Origin: Dehalococcoidia bacterium
GTDB lineage: Bacteria > Chloroflexota > Dehalococcoidia > Plut-88900
NCBI GenBank assembly: GCA_965197645.1
Contig: OZ240219.1
Coordinates: forward strand, 1,568,001-1,632,000
Reading direction: 5' to 3'
DNA: 64,000 nt
Shown: piece after piece, positions 18,929 to 31,144 of the stretch
Layout of the letters: every line of letters begins with the position of its first letter
Position numbering within the stretch: position 1 is the stretch's first letter
Position numbers and translations under genes: made by a program
Notes under the pieces: model-generated
What the model saw: the letters and a program-made list of their open reading frames with translations, nothing else
What the model was told of the DNA's origin: nothing
Database searches by the model: none

Positions 18929-19690
18929 ATGGCATCAACCTCCAAAGACATCCGAGCTTCGATATTCATCACCTGCCTGGTGGACATGCTCTACCCCAAC
19001 GTAGGCGAGGCGATGGTGAAGGTGTTGCGGCAGTCGGGGGTACAGCTCGATTTTCCGGAAGACCAGACCTGTTGCGGCCAGCCGGCCTTCAACTCGGGAT
19101 ACCAGGCGCAGGCCAGGGACCTGGCCAAGCGGTTCATCTCCGTCTTCGATGGCGATGGATACGTGGTGGCGCCTTCCGGCTCCTGCACATCGATGGTCAG
19201 GGTGTTCTACCCGGAACTTTTCAAGGACGACCCGGCGAATCTAAAGAAGGCCGAAGCTCTATCTTCCCGAACTTACGAGTTCTCCGAGTTCCTGGTCAAG
19301 GTGGTGGGCGCCGATGACGTGGGCGCCGCCTACGACGGGTCGGTAACCTACCATCCCTCCTGCCATCTGCTTCGAGAGTTGGGTGTCAGCTCCGAGCCGA
19401 AACAGCTTCTGTCCAACGTAGATGGAATAGACTTCCGGGAGCTGCCCGACGAGAGGCAGTGCTGCGGTTTCGGTGGGACGTTCTCGGTGAAGTACCCGGA
19501 CATCTCCGGGGCCATCCTGGACAGGAAGGTCAAAGATATCAAGGAAAGCGGCGCCGAGGTGTTGGTCGCCAACGATTCCGGCTGCCTGATGCATATATCG
19601 GGGGCCCTCACCCGGCAGGGGTTGCCGGTAAAGGCGATGCACCTCGCCGAAATTCTGGCGATGAAAGGGACCGATGGAAGTAACCACTGA
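18929..19690 (+). CDS. lutA: Lactate utilization protein A (CCG-domain Fe-S protein)
   Basis: FITCLVD, QTCCGQP, SGSC, YHPSCH, CCGFGGTFS, GCLMHI. Confidence 0.88.
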   Translation: MASTSKDIRASIFITCLVDMLYPNVGEAMVKVLRQSGVQLDFPEDQTCCGQPAFNSGYQAQARDLAKRFISVFDGDGYVVAPSGSCTSMVRVFYPELFKDDPANLKKAEALSSRTYEFSEFLVKVVGADDVGAAYDGSVTYHPSCHLLRELGVSSEPKQLLSNVDGIDFRELPDERQCCGFGGTFSVKYPDISGAILDRKVKDIKESGAEVLVANDSGCLMHISGALTRQGLPVKAMHLAEILAMKGTDGSNH

Positions 19691-21116
19691 GAAGTTCGTA
19701 CAAGGGTCTCGGAAGGCCATCAACAATGATCACCTCCAGAAGGCGATCCACAAGGCCACCTCCCTGGCGGTGCGAGAGCGGGACCACGCCGCCGCCGAGA
19801 TCCCCGACTGGGAGGAGCTCCGAGACAAGGCTAGGGCCATCAAGCAGGATACCCTGGAACGTCTGGACGAGTACCTTGCCCTGCTGGCCGACTCGGTGGA
19901 GAAGGCGGGCGGCACCGTGTTCTGGGCCAGTACCGCCGAGGACGCCTCCCGTTACATCACCGATCTGGCCGTCGCTCGGGGAGTGAAGACGGTGGTCAAG
20001 GGCAAGTCCATGACCTCCGAGGAGATCGGCCTAAACGAGCGGTTCGAGGAGATGGGCATCGAGCCGGTGGAGACCGACCTGGGCGAGTATATCGTGCAGA
20101 TGGCCGGAGAGGCGCCCTTCCACATCATCGCCCCGGCGATACACAAGACCAGGGAAGACATCGGCAAGCTCTTCGCCGAGAAGCTGGACATCGAGTACGA
20201 GGACAACCCCGAAAAGCTGACCAAAATCGCCCGTGAGAAGCTCCGCGAAAAGTTCTGCACCGCCGATATGGGGGTCACAGGGGTGAACTTCGGCGTCGCG
20301 GAGACGGGTACGGTAGTGGTAGTGGAGAACGAGGGCAACGGCCGCTTCTCCTCCTCGATGCCGCCGGTATACGTGGCCCTCATGGGCATGGAGAAGGTCA
20401 TCCCCGCCCTCAACGATCTTTCCACCTTCATGACCCTGCTCCCCCGCAGCGCCACCGGGCAGAAGGCTAGCTGCTACGTATCTTTCCTCACCGGCACCAA
20501 AAACTCCAGCGAGATTGGCGGCCCCGAGGAGTTCCACCTGGTAATCCTGGACAACGGCCGCTCCCGAATACTCCAGGACCCGGAGATGCGGGAGTCTCTG
20601 TTCTGCATCCGGTGCGGAGCATGCCTCAACACCTGTCCCATCTACAACAAGGTCGGCGGCCACTCATACGGCTGGGTATACTCCGGGCCCATAGGAGCCG
20701 TGATAACGCCGCAATACGTCGGCTTGGACAGGGCCAAAGACCTTCCCAACGCCTCCACCCTGTGCGGCGCCTGCCGGGACATCTGTCCCCTCCGCATCAA
20801 CATCCCTCACATGCTGCTCAACCTCCGTCACAAGATCGCCGAGGGTCCTACCGAAGCGACCAAGAGCAAACCGAAGTCCAAATGGGTGGAGAAAACGGTC
20901 TTCAACCTGTGGTCGATGGGCATGAAGAGCCGGCACGCCTACGGCCTGGGCCACCGAGCCGGTTCGATAGCCCAGAAGCTGCTCCGGGGAAGCGGCGTGA
21001 TGAAAGGCCGGCTTCCCATCCTGTCTTCGTGGACCGAGCACCGGGAGCTCCCACACCTGGCGCCCAAACCCTTCAGGGAGATATGGAAGGAGCGGCTGTC
21101 CAAGAATGGCGGATAG
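19674..21116 (+). CDS. lutB: Lactate utilization protein B (Fe-S)
   Basis: KGKSMTSEEI, ETDLGEY, NEGN, RSATGQ, CIRCGACLNTCP, STLCGACRDICP; overlaps lutA. Confidence 0.92.
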   Translation: MEVTTEKFVQGSRKAINNDHLQKAIHKATSLAVRERDHAAAEIPDWEELRDKARAIKQDTLERLDEYLALLADSVEKAGGTVFWASTAEDASRYITDLAVARGVKTVVKGKSMTSEEIGLNERFEEMGIEPVETDLGEYIVQMAGEAPFHIIAPAIHKTREDIGKLFAEKLDIEYEDNPEKLTKIAREKLREKFCTADMGVTGVNFGVAETGTVVVVENEGNGRFSSSMPPVYVALMGMEKVIPALNDLSTFMTLLPRSATGQKASCYVSFLTGTKNSSEIGGPEEFHLVILDNGRSRILQDPEMRESLFCIRCGACLNTCPIYNKVGGHSYGWVYSGPIGAVITPQYVGLDRAKDLPNASTLCGACRDICPLRINIPHMLLNLRHKIAEGPTEATKSKPKSKWVEKTVFNLWSMGMKSRHAYGLGHRAGSIAQKLLRGSGVMKGRLPILSSWTEHRELPHLAPKPFREIWKERLSKNGG

Positions 21117-21846
21117 CAACCGGCAGGACTTCCTCTCGAAGGTGAGGAGGAGCCTGGGCCGGCCGGGCATGACACCTCCTCCGGATAAGGAGCGTTTCTT
21201 CGGGAGCGAGGACCGATTGAAGCCTGCGCACCAGCTTCGCCAGGAGCTTGATGCCCTGGTGCACGAGCAAAGAGAATCGCTGATCGAGTCCCTGGACCGG
21301 GAGTTCACTCGGGTGCAGGGCCAGGTGGCCCGCATAGGCAGCGAATTGGAGCTGCAGAGCTACGTCCGGGACCTCGTCTCATCCCAGGACATCAAGCGGG
21401 TGGCCAGGTGGGACACTCCACTCCCTGAATCTCTCGACGAAACCCTCACGGACTCGGGGGCGGCGGTAACCACCATCGGGCCCGAGGACGGCGACGCCGG
21501 CGAAGCCAGGGAGGCCCTGGTAAATGCCGACCTGGGCATCACCGAGGTGGACTTCGCCCTGGCCGACACGGGTAGCCTTGTGCTGCTCTCCAAGCACGAT
21601 CAGAGCAGGCTCGTTTCCCTGCTGCCGCCCATCCACCTCGCCATGGTCAGGCCCGGCGACATCGTCCCCAGCATGGCCAACATCCTGCCCCTTCTGCCTA
21701 CCGACGACGGCGACAACCCGGGCCGGATGCCCAGTAGCGTCACCTTCATCACCGGCCCCAGCCGCACCGCAGACATCGAGAAGATTCTTACCATAGGGAT
21801 TCACGGTCCGACGGCGGCGCACCTGCTCATCCTGGACTACCTGTAG
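21106..21846 (+). CDS. lutC: Lactate utilization protein C (LUD domain)
   Basis: ADTGSL, SLLPPIH, ITGPSRTADIE, GIHGP. Confidence 0.9.
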   Translation: MADSNRQDFLSKVRRSLGRPGMTPPPDKERFFGSEDRLKPAHQLRQELDALVHEQRESLIESLDREFTRVQGQVARIGSELELQSYVRDLVSSQDIKRVARWDTPLPESLDETLTDSGAAVTTIGPEDGDAGEAREALVNADLGITEVDFALADTGSLVLLSKHDQSRLVSLLPPIHLAMVRPGDIVPSMANILPLLPTDDGDNPGRMPSSVTFITGPSRTADIEKILTIGIHGPTAAHLLILDYL

Positions 21847-21874
21847 GGGATACATGTAAACCCTTTTGCGTGCC

Positions 21875-22762
21875 ATGACCACCGACACAGCGCCATCCGA
21901 CGCCGGCGACGCAACGCCACCCGCCCGAAGCCTTGGGCGATACCTGCTGCCCTTCTTTCTCCTGGTCCTGATCCCGCTGATAGTGGAGGGGTTCCACGCC
22001 CTTGCTGTTTCGGCTGACTGGGCTCGGCCGCTCATCACCAAGGCATGGGGCTATCACTGGCACACACTGGGGTTTGCTTCCACCGGCGCCCAAACTCTTA
22101 TACTCGCAGTCGGCGCAGCCCTGGTTGTCTTCTTCATGTTCCGACGACGATCCCTAATTACCTATCTAGCCGCCCTGGGCCTGTCCCTGATAGCCGTCTC
22201 CTTCCTCATAGACCTGATTTTTCGGCATCTGGGGGTGGAGTCATATGGCTGGTGGGGCTTCGCTCGGGCGTCACTCAGTTCCTACACGCCGTTGTTGACC
22301 GGGCTCTTTGTGCTGAAGGCGGCAGGGGGTCGATACGATCAGTTGGTGGTCTTGGGAGTGCTAGGAACCAGTCTAGGCATCCCCTTCTTTCCCTTCGTCC
22401 TAGCGGTAACGCCGGTCGAGGGCGTTGTTGCCGTGGGAGGCTTCATTGTCCTATCCGTGGTCAGCTTCTTTGCGGCCCTGATAGCTGTCTGGACAGTGGT
22501 ACGCTTGGAAGATACTGGTACGGTGCCTAGCAAGGTCGTGGTCGTTCTCTCGGCCCTGGTCATCTTTGTCCCTGCACTGCTCTCACTATGGTATAACCCC
22601 TTCCACAACAGCCCTGAGCAGTGGGAGGGGCACAAAATGGAATTTTTCTTCCGGGAGTTGTTTTCAGGCCTCATCAACGTAGCGGCTGCCGTGGGTATCG
22701 GCGCCCTGGGTATTTTCCTGCTGCGCCGCAACCCAGACGAGGCTGATAGCGTCAGTCGATAA
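21875..22762 (+). CDS. Hypothetical polytopic membrane protein
   Basis: Many hydrophobic segments; fills the gap between lutC and the deaminase; start uncertain (21866 or 21875). Confidence 0.65.
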   Translation: MTTDTAPSDAGDATPPARSLGRYLLPFFLLVLIPLIVEGFHALAVSADWARPLITKAWGYHWHTLGFASTGAQTLILAVGAALVVFFMFRRRSLITYLAALGLSLIAVSFLIDLIFRHLGVESYGWWGFARASLSSYTPLLTGLFVLKAAGGRYDQLVVLGVLGTSLGIPFFPFVLAVTPVEGVVAVGGFIVLSVVSFFAALIAVWTVVRLEDTGTVPSKVVVVLSALVIFVPALLSLWYNPFHNSPEQWEGHKMEFFFRELFSGLINVAAAVGIGALGIFLLRRNPDEADSVSR

Positions 22763-22769
22763 ACGCCCC

Positions 22770-23798
22770 ATGCCCAACATAGAAGAGTTCATTCGGGGAA
22801 TTCCCAAGGCTGAGTTGCACGTCCACCTGGAAGGCACCCTGGAGCCGGAGCTGAGGTTTGAGCTGGCAAAGCGGAACGGGATCACGCTGCCCTACGCCAC
22901 CGCCGCTCAGCTAAGGGCAGCCTACTTCTTCCCCGATATAGGCGCCTTCTTCGAGCAGTACTACGGAGGTATGGAGGTCCTGATCAACGAGCAGGACTTC
23001 TACGATCTGACCTACGCCTACCTCGAAAAAGCCCGTTCTCAAAACGTGGTCTACGCCGAGATCATGTTCGATCCTCAGGCCCATATCCGCCGCAGCGTGG
23101 CCTTCGAGACCTTAGCCGGTGGTATTCAGAGGGCGCAGCGAGATGGTAGAGAGGAGCTGGGCATCCGGTCACAGATGATCCTCTGCTTCTTGAGAGAGCT
23201 GAGCTCTGAATCGGCGATGGAGACCTTCGAAATGGCGCTGTTGCACAGGGACCTCTTTGTTGGAGTAGGACTCGATTCTGAGGAGCCTGGCAACCCGCCA
23301 AGCAAGTTCAGCGAGGTTTTCGCCAGGGCACGTGCCGAAGGCTACCGGCTGACCGCTCACTGCGGCCCCGACGTAGACAACGTCCTCGAGCACATCCGCC
23401 AGTGTCTTGACGAGATAGAGGTAGACCGCATCGATCACGGCGTCAACTGCGTGGAGGACGAGGCGCTGATGGACTCCATCAAGCGAAGGGGGCTATACCT
23501 GACGACCTGCCCCACCATGCGAAAGGGCATGCCGATGAGGCCCCGCCACGCGGACAGCATCAGGACCTTGATGGACTACGGGCTCCGGGTCACCGCCAAC
23601 ACCGACGATCCGGCCTACTTCCTCAGCCGTTACACCAACGAAATCCTCAGCGATCTGGCGAGGACAGTGGACCTCTCCAGGGAGCAGGTGATCGAGCTGG
23701 TGCGCAATGGGTTCGAAGGCTCCTGGCTTCCGCAAAAGGATAAGGAAGGGTATCTAGCCGAAGTCGACGCATACCTGACCGGCCACGCTGGGCCATAG
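22770..23798 (+). CDS. Adenosine/adenine deaminase family protein (atypical catalytic motif)
   Basis: PKAELHVHLEGTLEP, FDPQAH, GLDS, RIDHG, NTDDPAYF. Confidence 0.85.
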   Translation: MPNIEEFIRGIPKAELHVHLEGTLEPELRFELAKRNGITLPYATAAQLRAAYFFPDIGAFFEQYYGGMEVLINEQDFYDLTYAYLEKARSQNVVYAEIMFDPQAHIRRSVAFETLAGGIQRAQRDGREELGIRSQMILCFLRELSSESAMETFEMALLHRDLFVGVGLDSEEPGNPPSKFSEVFARARAEGYRLTAHCGPDVDNVLEHIRQCLDEIEVDRIDHGVNCVEDEALMDSIKRRGLYLTTCPTMRKGMPMRPRHADSIRTLMDYGLRVTANTDDPAYFLSRYTNEILSDLARTVDLSREQVIELVRNGFEGSWLPQKDKEGYLAEVDAYLTGHAGP

Positions 23799-23852
23799 AA
23801 GCCCCAGCCCCAAAATGGTCCGAGCACAGCTATCCCGAATGCCTATGGACAT

Positions 23853-24003
23853 GGGGTGTGCAGAGGGGCGAAGCTCTTTTTCCAGGACTGCCTGCTAGAG
23901 GCCGGGAGTCTGAGGGTGTCCTTCAGAAGTTATTTTTTTGGCCCCTTTCTGGCCAGGAAGGGGGCCAGGGGGATGGTCGAATGGGTGTTTAACACCCTGC
24001 TAG
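23853..24003. repeat. MITE/REP-like composite palindromic element between convergent genes
   Basis: Stacked hairpins CTGAGGG..CCTTCAG, TGGCCCCTTTCTGGCCAGGAAGGGGGCCA and GGGTGTTTAACACCC; shares motifs with 4090-4161. Confidence 0.6.
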
Positions 24004-25169
24004 GCGATCACGTTGGAAACGTAGCCCGTCTCGTTCAGCGCACCTTCCTTGAACCGGCCCATCCGGAAGGCTGAGATGTCCAGGCTGTGGGCCTTCCCAT
24101 CCAGCACCATCTCGGCCACCAGCACACCGACGAAGGGCGACTCCTTGAAGCCATGGCCGCTGAACCCCGTGCAGATGTATAACCCCTCAACGCCTTCGAC
24201 TTTATCGATTACCGGGTGGTTGTCCGGGGTCTCGGTGTAGAGGCCGCTGTAGCCAGTGAACAGCTCGGCTTCGGCAAGGAGAGGAATCCGCCGGTTGACC
24301 TTGGGCCACATCTCCTCCACGTAGTCCATTCCCACCGTCTGATCGAAGGTGTCCGGGTCCACCTGGTCGTGAACGTCCACGTCGCCAACGAGGGTGAGGT
24401 CCGGGCTTTCGGGCCGGAAGTAGACCAGGTTCACCAGGTCCCCTATGACGGGGTGGGTTGGCAGCTTGTCCATCGATCGTTTGAGGAAGAATACGGGGTG
24501 GCGGGTGGGCACAAGGGGCAGCTCGATATCCAGCTTGCTCAGCAGTCCCGGCGTCCAGGGGCCCGTTGCTATCACGGCGGTGTCCGTCTCGACTCTGCCC
24601 TGCCGGGTAACCACACCAGCGACCTTTCCGCCTGATATCTCTATGTCGAGGGCCGGGTTGTCGAGCACCAGCTCGGCGCCCAGATCCCGGGCCGCGGAGG
24701 CGTAGGCCTGGAGCACACCGGGTGGGTCGGCGTAGCCCGAGTTGGGCTCGTAGCAGACGGCCGCGGTATCATCGAGGTCCAGGTAGGGTGCCACCTCACG
24801 GACCTCCTCGTCCGTCAGCAGGCTGGTCTCGACACCGAGCCTCTGCTGCATAGCTACGTTACTTCGAAACGCTTCGGCCGTGTCCTCACCGGCGAAGAAC
24901 ATCACGCCGACCCTGGTAAGCCCTGGATCGCCTCCTACTATCTCGTCGAAATTCTCCAGGATCTTCAGGCTCTCGAACGCTATCCGGACATTCACCTCGC
25001 TGGTATAGTGCATTCGAACGATGCCCGAGGACCTGCCGGTAGAACCGGCGCCCAAGGCTGCCCGCTCCACCAGCACCGTTTCGGTGACCCCCCGTTTGGC
25101 GAGGTTGAAGAGGATGCTGGCTCCCATCACCCCACCGCCCAGGACCACTACGTCCGCGCTGCTTCTCAT
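24000..25169 (-). CDS. FAD-dependent amine oxidoreductase (DAO / sarcosine oxidase beta family)
   Basis: GGGVMG, GSTGRSSG, TPDNHPVI, GFSGHGFK. Confidence 0.9.
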   Translation of the reverse strand: MRSSADVVVLGGGVMGASILFNLAKRGVTETVLVERAALGAGSTGRSSGIVRMHYTSEVNVRIAFESLKILENFDEIVGGDPGLTRVGVMFFAGEDTAEAFRSNVAMQQRLGVETSLLTDEEVREVAPYLDLDDTAAVCYEPNSGYADPPGVLQAYASAARDLGAELVLDNPALDIEISGGKVAGVVTRQGRVETDTAVIATGPWTPGLLSKLDIELPLVPTRHPVFFLKRSMDKLPTHPVIGDLVNLVYFRPESPDLTLVGDVDVHDQVDPDTFDQTVGMDYVEEMWPKVNRRIPLLAEAELFTGYSGLYTETPDNHPVIDKVEGVEGLYICTGFSGHGFKESPFVGVLVAEMVLDGKAHSLDISAFRMGRFKEGALNETGYVSNVIA

Positions 25170-25296
25170 ACGGTTTCCCTCAGTGACAGATATCGCATGG
25201 TATGAGCACTACTGCACGTTCGTCAAATCAGGGGCGCACACCCTCGGCTGTGATAAACTGACGTCATCTCAATTGGACCCATACACCAGGCAGGCT

Positions 25297-25833
25297 ATGC
25301 CCGAATCAACCTCAGAAGCTTCCGGACTGCGACTAGTCCTATCTCGAGAGCGGATCACCGAGATCATCGACCGGCTGGCGTCCGAGATCAGCGAAGATTA
25401 CCAGGACAAGAACCCGTTGCTGGTAACCGCTCTCAGGGGCGGCTTCGTGTTTGTCGCTGATCTGGTCAGAAGGCTGGAGATGCCGCTGGAGGTCGATTTC
25501 ATGACCGTGTCCAGCTACGGTTCCGGCACCGCTCCCCAGGGCCAGGTAACAGTGCATAGCGAGCCTCGCTCCCCGGTGGCTTCCAGGCATGTCCTGGTGG
25601 TGGAGGACATAGTGGACACGGGGCTGACCACCAACTTCCTGTTGAGGTATCTGGGGCGCCAGAACCCGGCTTCCCTCAAGCTGTGCGCCCTGCTGGACAA
25701 GGCGGAGAACAGGAAGGCGGCCGTGCGAATAGACTACCGAGGCATCGAGGTCCCCAACGTCTTCCTCGTCGGGTACGGCCTGGACCTGGACCAGAGATAC
25801 AGAAACCTCCCCGAAGTCTACGCCCTATCGTAG
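25297..25833 (+). CDS. hpt: Hypoxanthine phosphoribosyltransferase
   Basis: LRGGFVFVADL, SSYG, VLVVEDIVDTGLT PRPP motif, FLVGYGLD, YRNLP; start moved to ATG 25297. Confidence 0.92.
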   Translation: MPESTSEASGLRLVLSRERITEIIDRLASEISEDYQDKNPLLVTALRGGFVFVADLVRRLEMPLEVDFMTVSSYGSGTAPQGQVTVHSEPRSPVASRHVLVVEDIVDTGLTTNFLLRYLGRQNPASLKLCALLDKAENRKAAVRIDYRGIEVPNVFLVGYGLDLDQRYRNLPEVYALS

Positions 25834-25918
25834 CTGTGCCTTGCCAGTCCGGCCCTGGGATTGTAACCTGATCCAACGTTAATCAAACGAGTCCTGTCGA
25901 CGCGGTTAGGAGAGTCGG

Positions 25919-27886
25919 ATGGTCACCTCCCAGTTCACCCACCTGTTCAGCCCCTTCAAGCTCCGACACGTGACGTTGAAGAACCGGGTCGTTAGCACCC
26001 CTCACGCCACCAGCCTCGCCGAGGGGGGAATGCCGAAAATGAGATACACGGCCTACGTCGCTGAGAAGGCCAGGGGTGGATGCGGCCTCATCCTGACCTT
26101 CGGGTCTGCAGGTGTGCATCGCAGCTCCCCAGGCAGCGAGTGGGGCGAGGTCGACCTCTTCGACGACGAGGTCATCCCCCATCTTCAGACGATGGCCGAC
26201 GCCGTCCACCCACACGGAGCGAAGATCGTGTCCCAGATGACCCATCGCGGACACCGGGGCCGGTCCGCCATGCTCCCCGAGCAGCCGCTGCTTTCGGCTT
26301 CCCCGATGCCCGAGCGCAGCAACCGGGAGACTCCCCACGAGATAGAGATCGAACAGATCAAGGAGGTCCAGGAGGCCTACGCCCAGGCGGCGCTCAGGGT
26401 GAAGAAAGGCCGTTTCGATGGGGTGGAGATCCTCATCGGTTACCACCACCTCCCCGAGCAGTTCCTCTCTCCCTTCTCCAACAAACGCACTGATGAGTAC
26501 GGCGGCAGCTTGGAAAATCGCATGCGGTTCATTATCGAGGTCATTGACCAGGTCCGGGCCGCCGTAGGAGACGACTTCATAATCGGCGCCAGAGTGGGAG
26601 GAGACGAAAAGCTGCCCGGTGGCCTGGACCAGCAGGACCAGCTGGAGATCATCAAGCGTCTCGAGGCCACGGGCAAGCTGGACTACTTCAGCGTAATCGG
26701 AGGCACCACGGAAAACCCCATGTCCCAGACCGAGGCGGTGCCCCCCTACTGGTACAAGACCGGCCTCTGGCTCGATCTCGCCACCGAGATCAAGGCTAAT
26801 GTGGATACGCCTGTCATCGCCGCCGGTAGAATCGTCGATCCCCTCCAGGCCGAGTGGATCCTCGCCGAAGGCAATGCTGACCTGGTGGCCATGACCCGGG
26901 CCCAGATCGCCGATCCACAGCTGGTAACCAAGGCGATGGAGGGGAGGCTGGATGACATTCGGCCCTGCATAGGCAGCGTCCAGGGGTGCATCGGCCACGT
27001 GGGAGGCTACTGGGGGATCGGGTGCATACACAATCCGGCCATCGGCCGGGAGCAGGAGCTGGCACAAACGGAACCGGCTCCAAGCGGGAAGAAGGTGGTG
27101 GTTGTGGGAGGAGGACCCGCAGGCCTGGAGGCGGCTCGAGTGGCTGCGGAACGGGGCCACCGGGTGGTGCTGTTCGAAAAGAACGCCCATTTCGGCGGGC
27201 AGGTCCACGCCTACTCGATGGCGTCGGGTAGGGGGGACTTCGCCGCCATTCCCCTCTGGCTGGAGGAGCAGGTCAAGAAGCTCGGTGTCGATATCCGGTT
27301 GGGAATCGAAGCCGACCTGAGTTCAGTGCTGGCCGAAGCGCCGGACTCGGTCATCATAGCCACCGGCTCCGTGCCCCTCATGCCCGACGTGCCGGGTGCC
27401 GAGTCCGGACCCGTGGCCTTCATCGACGATGTCCTGACTCAGAAGGTGGACTGGGGGGACAAGGTACTAGTGCTTGACCAGGACGGACATCACCAGGGCC
27501 CCGCCGTCGCGGACCACCTGATCGACCAGGGCCGAGAGGTCGAAATAGTCAGCGATCTATATACCATCGGAGAGGACATAGACCACTTCAACAAGCCGAT
27601 AATCTACCAAAGGCTCTTCTCCAAGGGCGCTACCCTCACCCCCAACACCGCAATCAAGGAAATCAGGGAAGAGACGGTGGTGCTGAAGAACATCTACTCT
27701 GAAGAGGAGCGGGTGGTCGATGGCGTGTCCACCATCGTTTATGCGGGGCTGCGGCAGGCCCAGGACGGTCTGTACAAGCAGCTCAAGGGCCGGGTATCTG
27801 AGCTGTTCCTGGTAGGAGATGCTCAGGCGCCTCGAAAGATCCACGATGCCATCCTGACTGGCACCCGGGCAGGCCGAGCTATCTAG
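25919..27886 (+). CDS. NADH:flavin oxidoreductase (OYE barrel + Fe-S + FAD domain)
   Basis: LKNRVV, QFLSP, NKRTDEYGGSLENR, RPCIGSVQGC...CIHNP, VVGGGPAGLEAA. Confidence 0.9.
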   Translation: MVTSQFTHLFSPFKLRHVTLKNRVVSTPHATSLAEGGMPKMRYTAYVAEKARGGCGLILTFGSAGVHRSSPGSEWGEVDLFDDEVIPHLQTMADAVHPHGAKIVSQMTHRGHRGRSAMLPEQPLLSASPMPERSNRETPHEIEIEQIKEVQEAYAQAALRVKKGRFDGVEILIGYHHLPEQFLSPFSNKRTDEYGGSLENRMRFIIEVIDQVRAAVGDDFIIGARVGGDEKLPGGLDQQDQLEIIKRLEATGKLDYFSVIGGTTENPMSQTEAVPPYWYKTGLWLDLATEIKANVDTPVIAAGRIVDPLQAEWILAEGNADLVAMTRAQIADPQLVTKAMEGRLDDIRPCIGSVQGCIGHVGGYWGIGCIHNPAIGREQELAQTEPAPSGKKVVVVGGGPAGLEAARVAAERGHRVVLFEKNAHFGGQVHAYSMASGRGDFAAIPLWLEEQVKKLGVDIRLGIEADLSSVLAEAPDSVIIATGSVPLMPDVPGAESGPVAFIDDVLTQKVDWGDKVLVLDQDGHHQGPAVADHLIDQGREVEIVSDLYTIGEDIDHFNKPIIYQRLFSKGATLTPNTAIKEIREETVVLKNIYSEEERVVDGVSTIVYAGLRQAQDGLYKQLKGRVSELFLVGDAQAPRKIHDAILTGTRAGRAI

Positions 27887-28254
27887 AGACCTTCGGCGTG
27901 GACCAACTCCGTGACGATGTAGGGGTGTCGGACATCACTCATCACCCCTTCTGACCGATTAGGACTCACTTCGCCAGCGGCTGTCACCCTAGGCTGGGAT
28001 CTCCCGCTCCTTCCACAGCTTCCGTACTGTCAGGTAGAGCGCCTGACAACTTGGTCTGCCGGGTTCATTCGATGGACCTGTTGTGTAGCGAATTGGAGGG
28101 GTCCCGCGGAGTAATCCGGCCCGCTCAATCGACATCGGAACCTGCCTTGTTGGGTAGCGGCTGGACGAGTACAGGGGGTTCCAAAAACGGGCGATTGAAG
28201 CTACAATAGGGCAGGCGCAACGCGGTTACGGAAGGTTGCGTCATACTCGTCTGA

Positions 28255-30411
<2,157 letters not shown>

Positions 30412-30508
30412 TCTCAGCGAGGTGCGCATACGGATCGACTCCTTTCCACGCGACGAGCTGGGGTGTAGCCGTAGCCCGTCAGGCATCAATCTGCACGAGG
30501 TATCGTAG

Positions 30509-31114
30509 ATGGCAACCAAGGTAGACCTTCAGCCCGTCAGGCTCGCCCGGTTTGTTGAACGGGTGGCGGACGTATCCAGGACCCAACCGGACCGAAGGAA
30601 GGCGATAGACCTCATCCACCCGCTGTTCGCCGAGACGCTCTCGGAGCCCGACTGGCTTGCAGAGGAGCACCAGATCCCGGTGCCTGGAAAGTTCGCCCAG
30701 TACCTGGTCTATCGGGAGGAGGACCGCTCTCTATCCGTGATGGCCATGGTAGTACCCACCGGGACCACCACCCCCGTTCACGACCATCTGGCCTGGGGTC
30801 TCGTCGGCGTGTACCAGGGCAGGCAGCAGGAGACGGTCTACCGGCGGACCGATGGGGCGGGAGATCCAGCGAAAGCCGTTTTGGTGGAGACGGAGCGAAA
30901 CGTCCTCAACGTGGGAGATATCACCCACCTGGTGCCTCCGGAAGGGGACATCCACAAGATAGAGACTATCAGCGAAGACCAGACTTCTATCTCTATTCAC
31001 ATCCTGGGAAACGATATCGGGTGCCAGTGGAGGCATGCCTTCGACGTTGAGAAGCAGGCCGCCTACGACTTTCGTTCAGGCTACGTCAACGCGCCCTGCC
31101 ATGATCAAGGCTAG
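30509..31114 (+). CDS. Thiol dioxygenase (cysteine/3-mercaptopropionate dioxygenase-like cupin)
   Basis: TPVHDHLAWG and GDIH (3-His site), AQYL (Gln-type), SIHILG. Confidence 0.8.
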   Translation: MATKVDLQPVRLARFVERVADVSRTQPDRRKAIDLIHPLFAETLSEPDWLAEEHQIPVPGKFAQYLVYREEDRSLSVMAMVVPTGTTTPVHDHLAWGLVGVYQGRQQETVYRRTDGAGDPAKAVLVETERNVLNVGDITHLVPPEGDIHKIETISEDQTSISIHILGNDIGCQWRHAFDVEKQAAYDFRSGYVNAPCHDQG

Positions 31115-31144
31115 CCCAGCTCTCGAAACTCCCGGCAACGGTAA

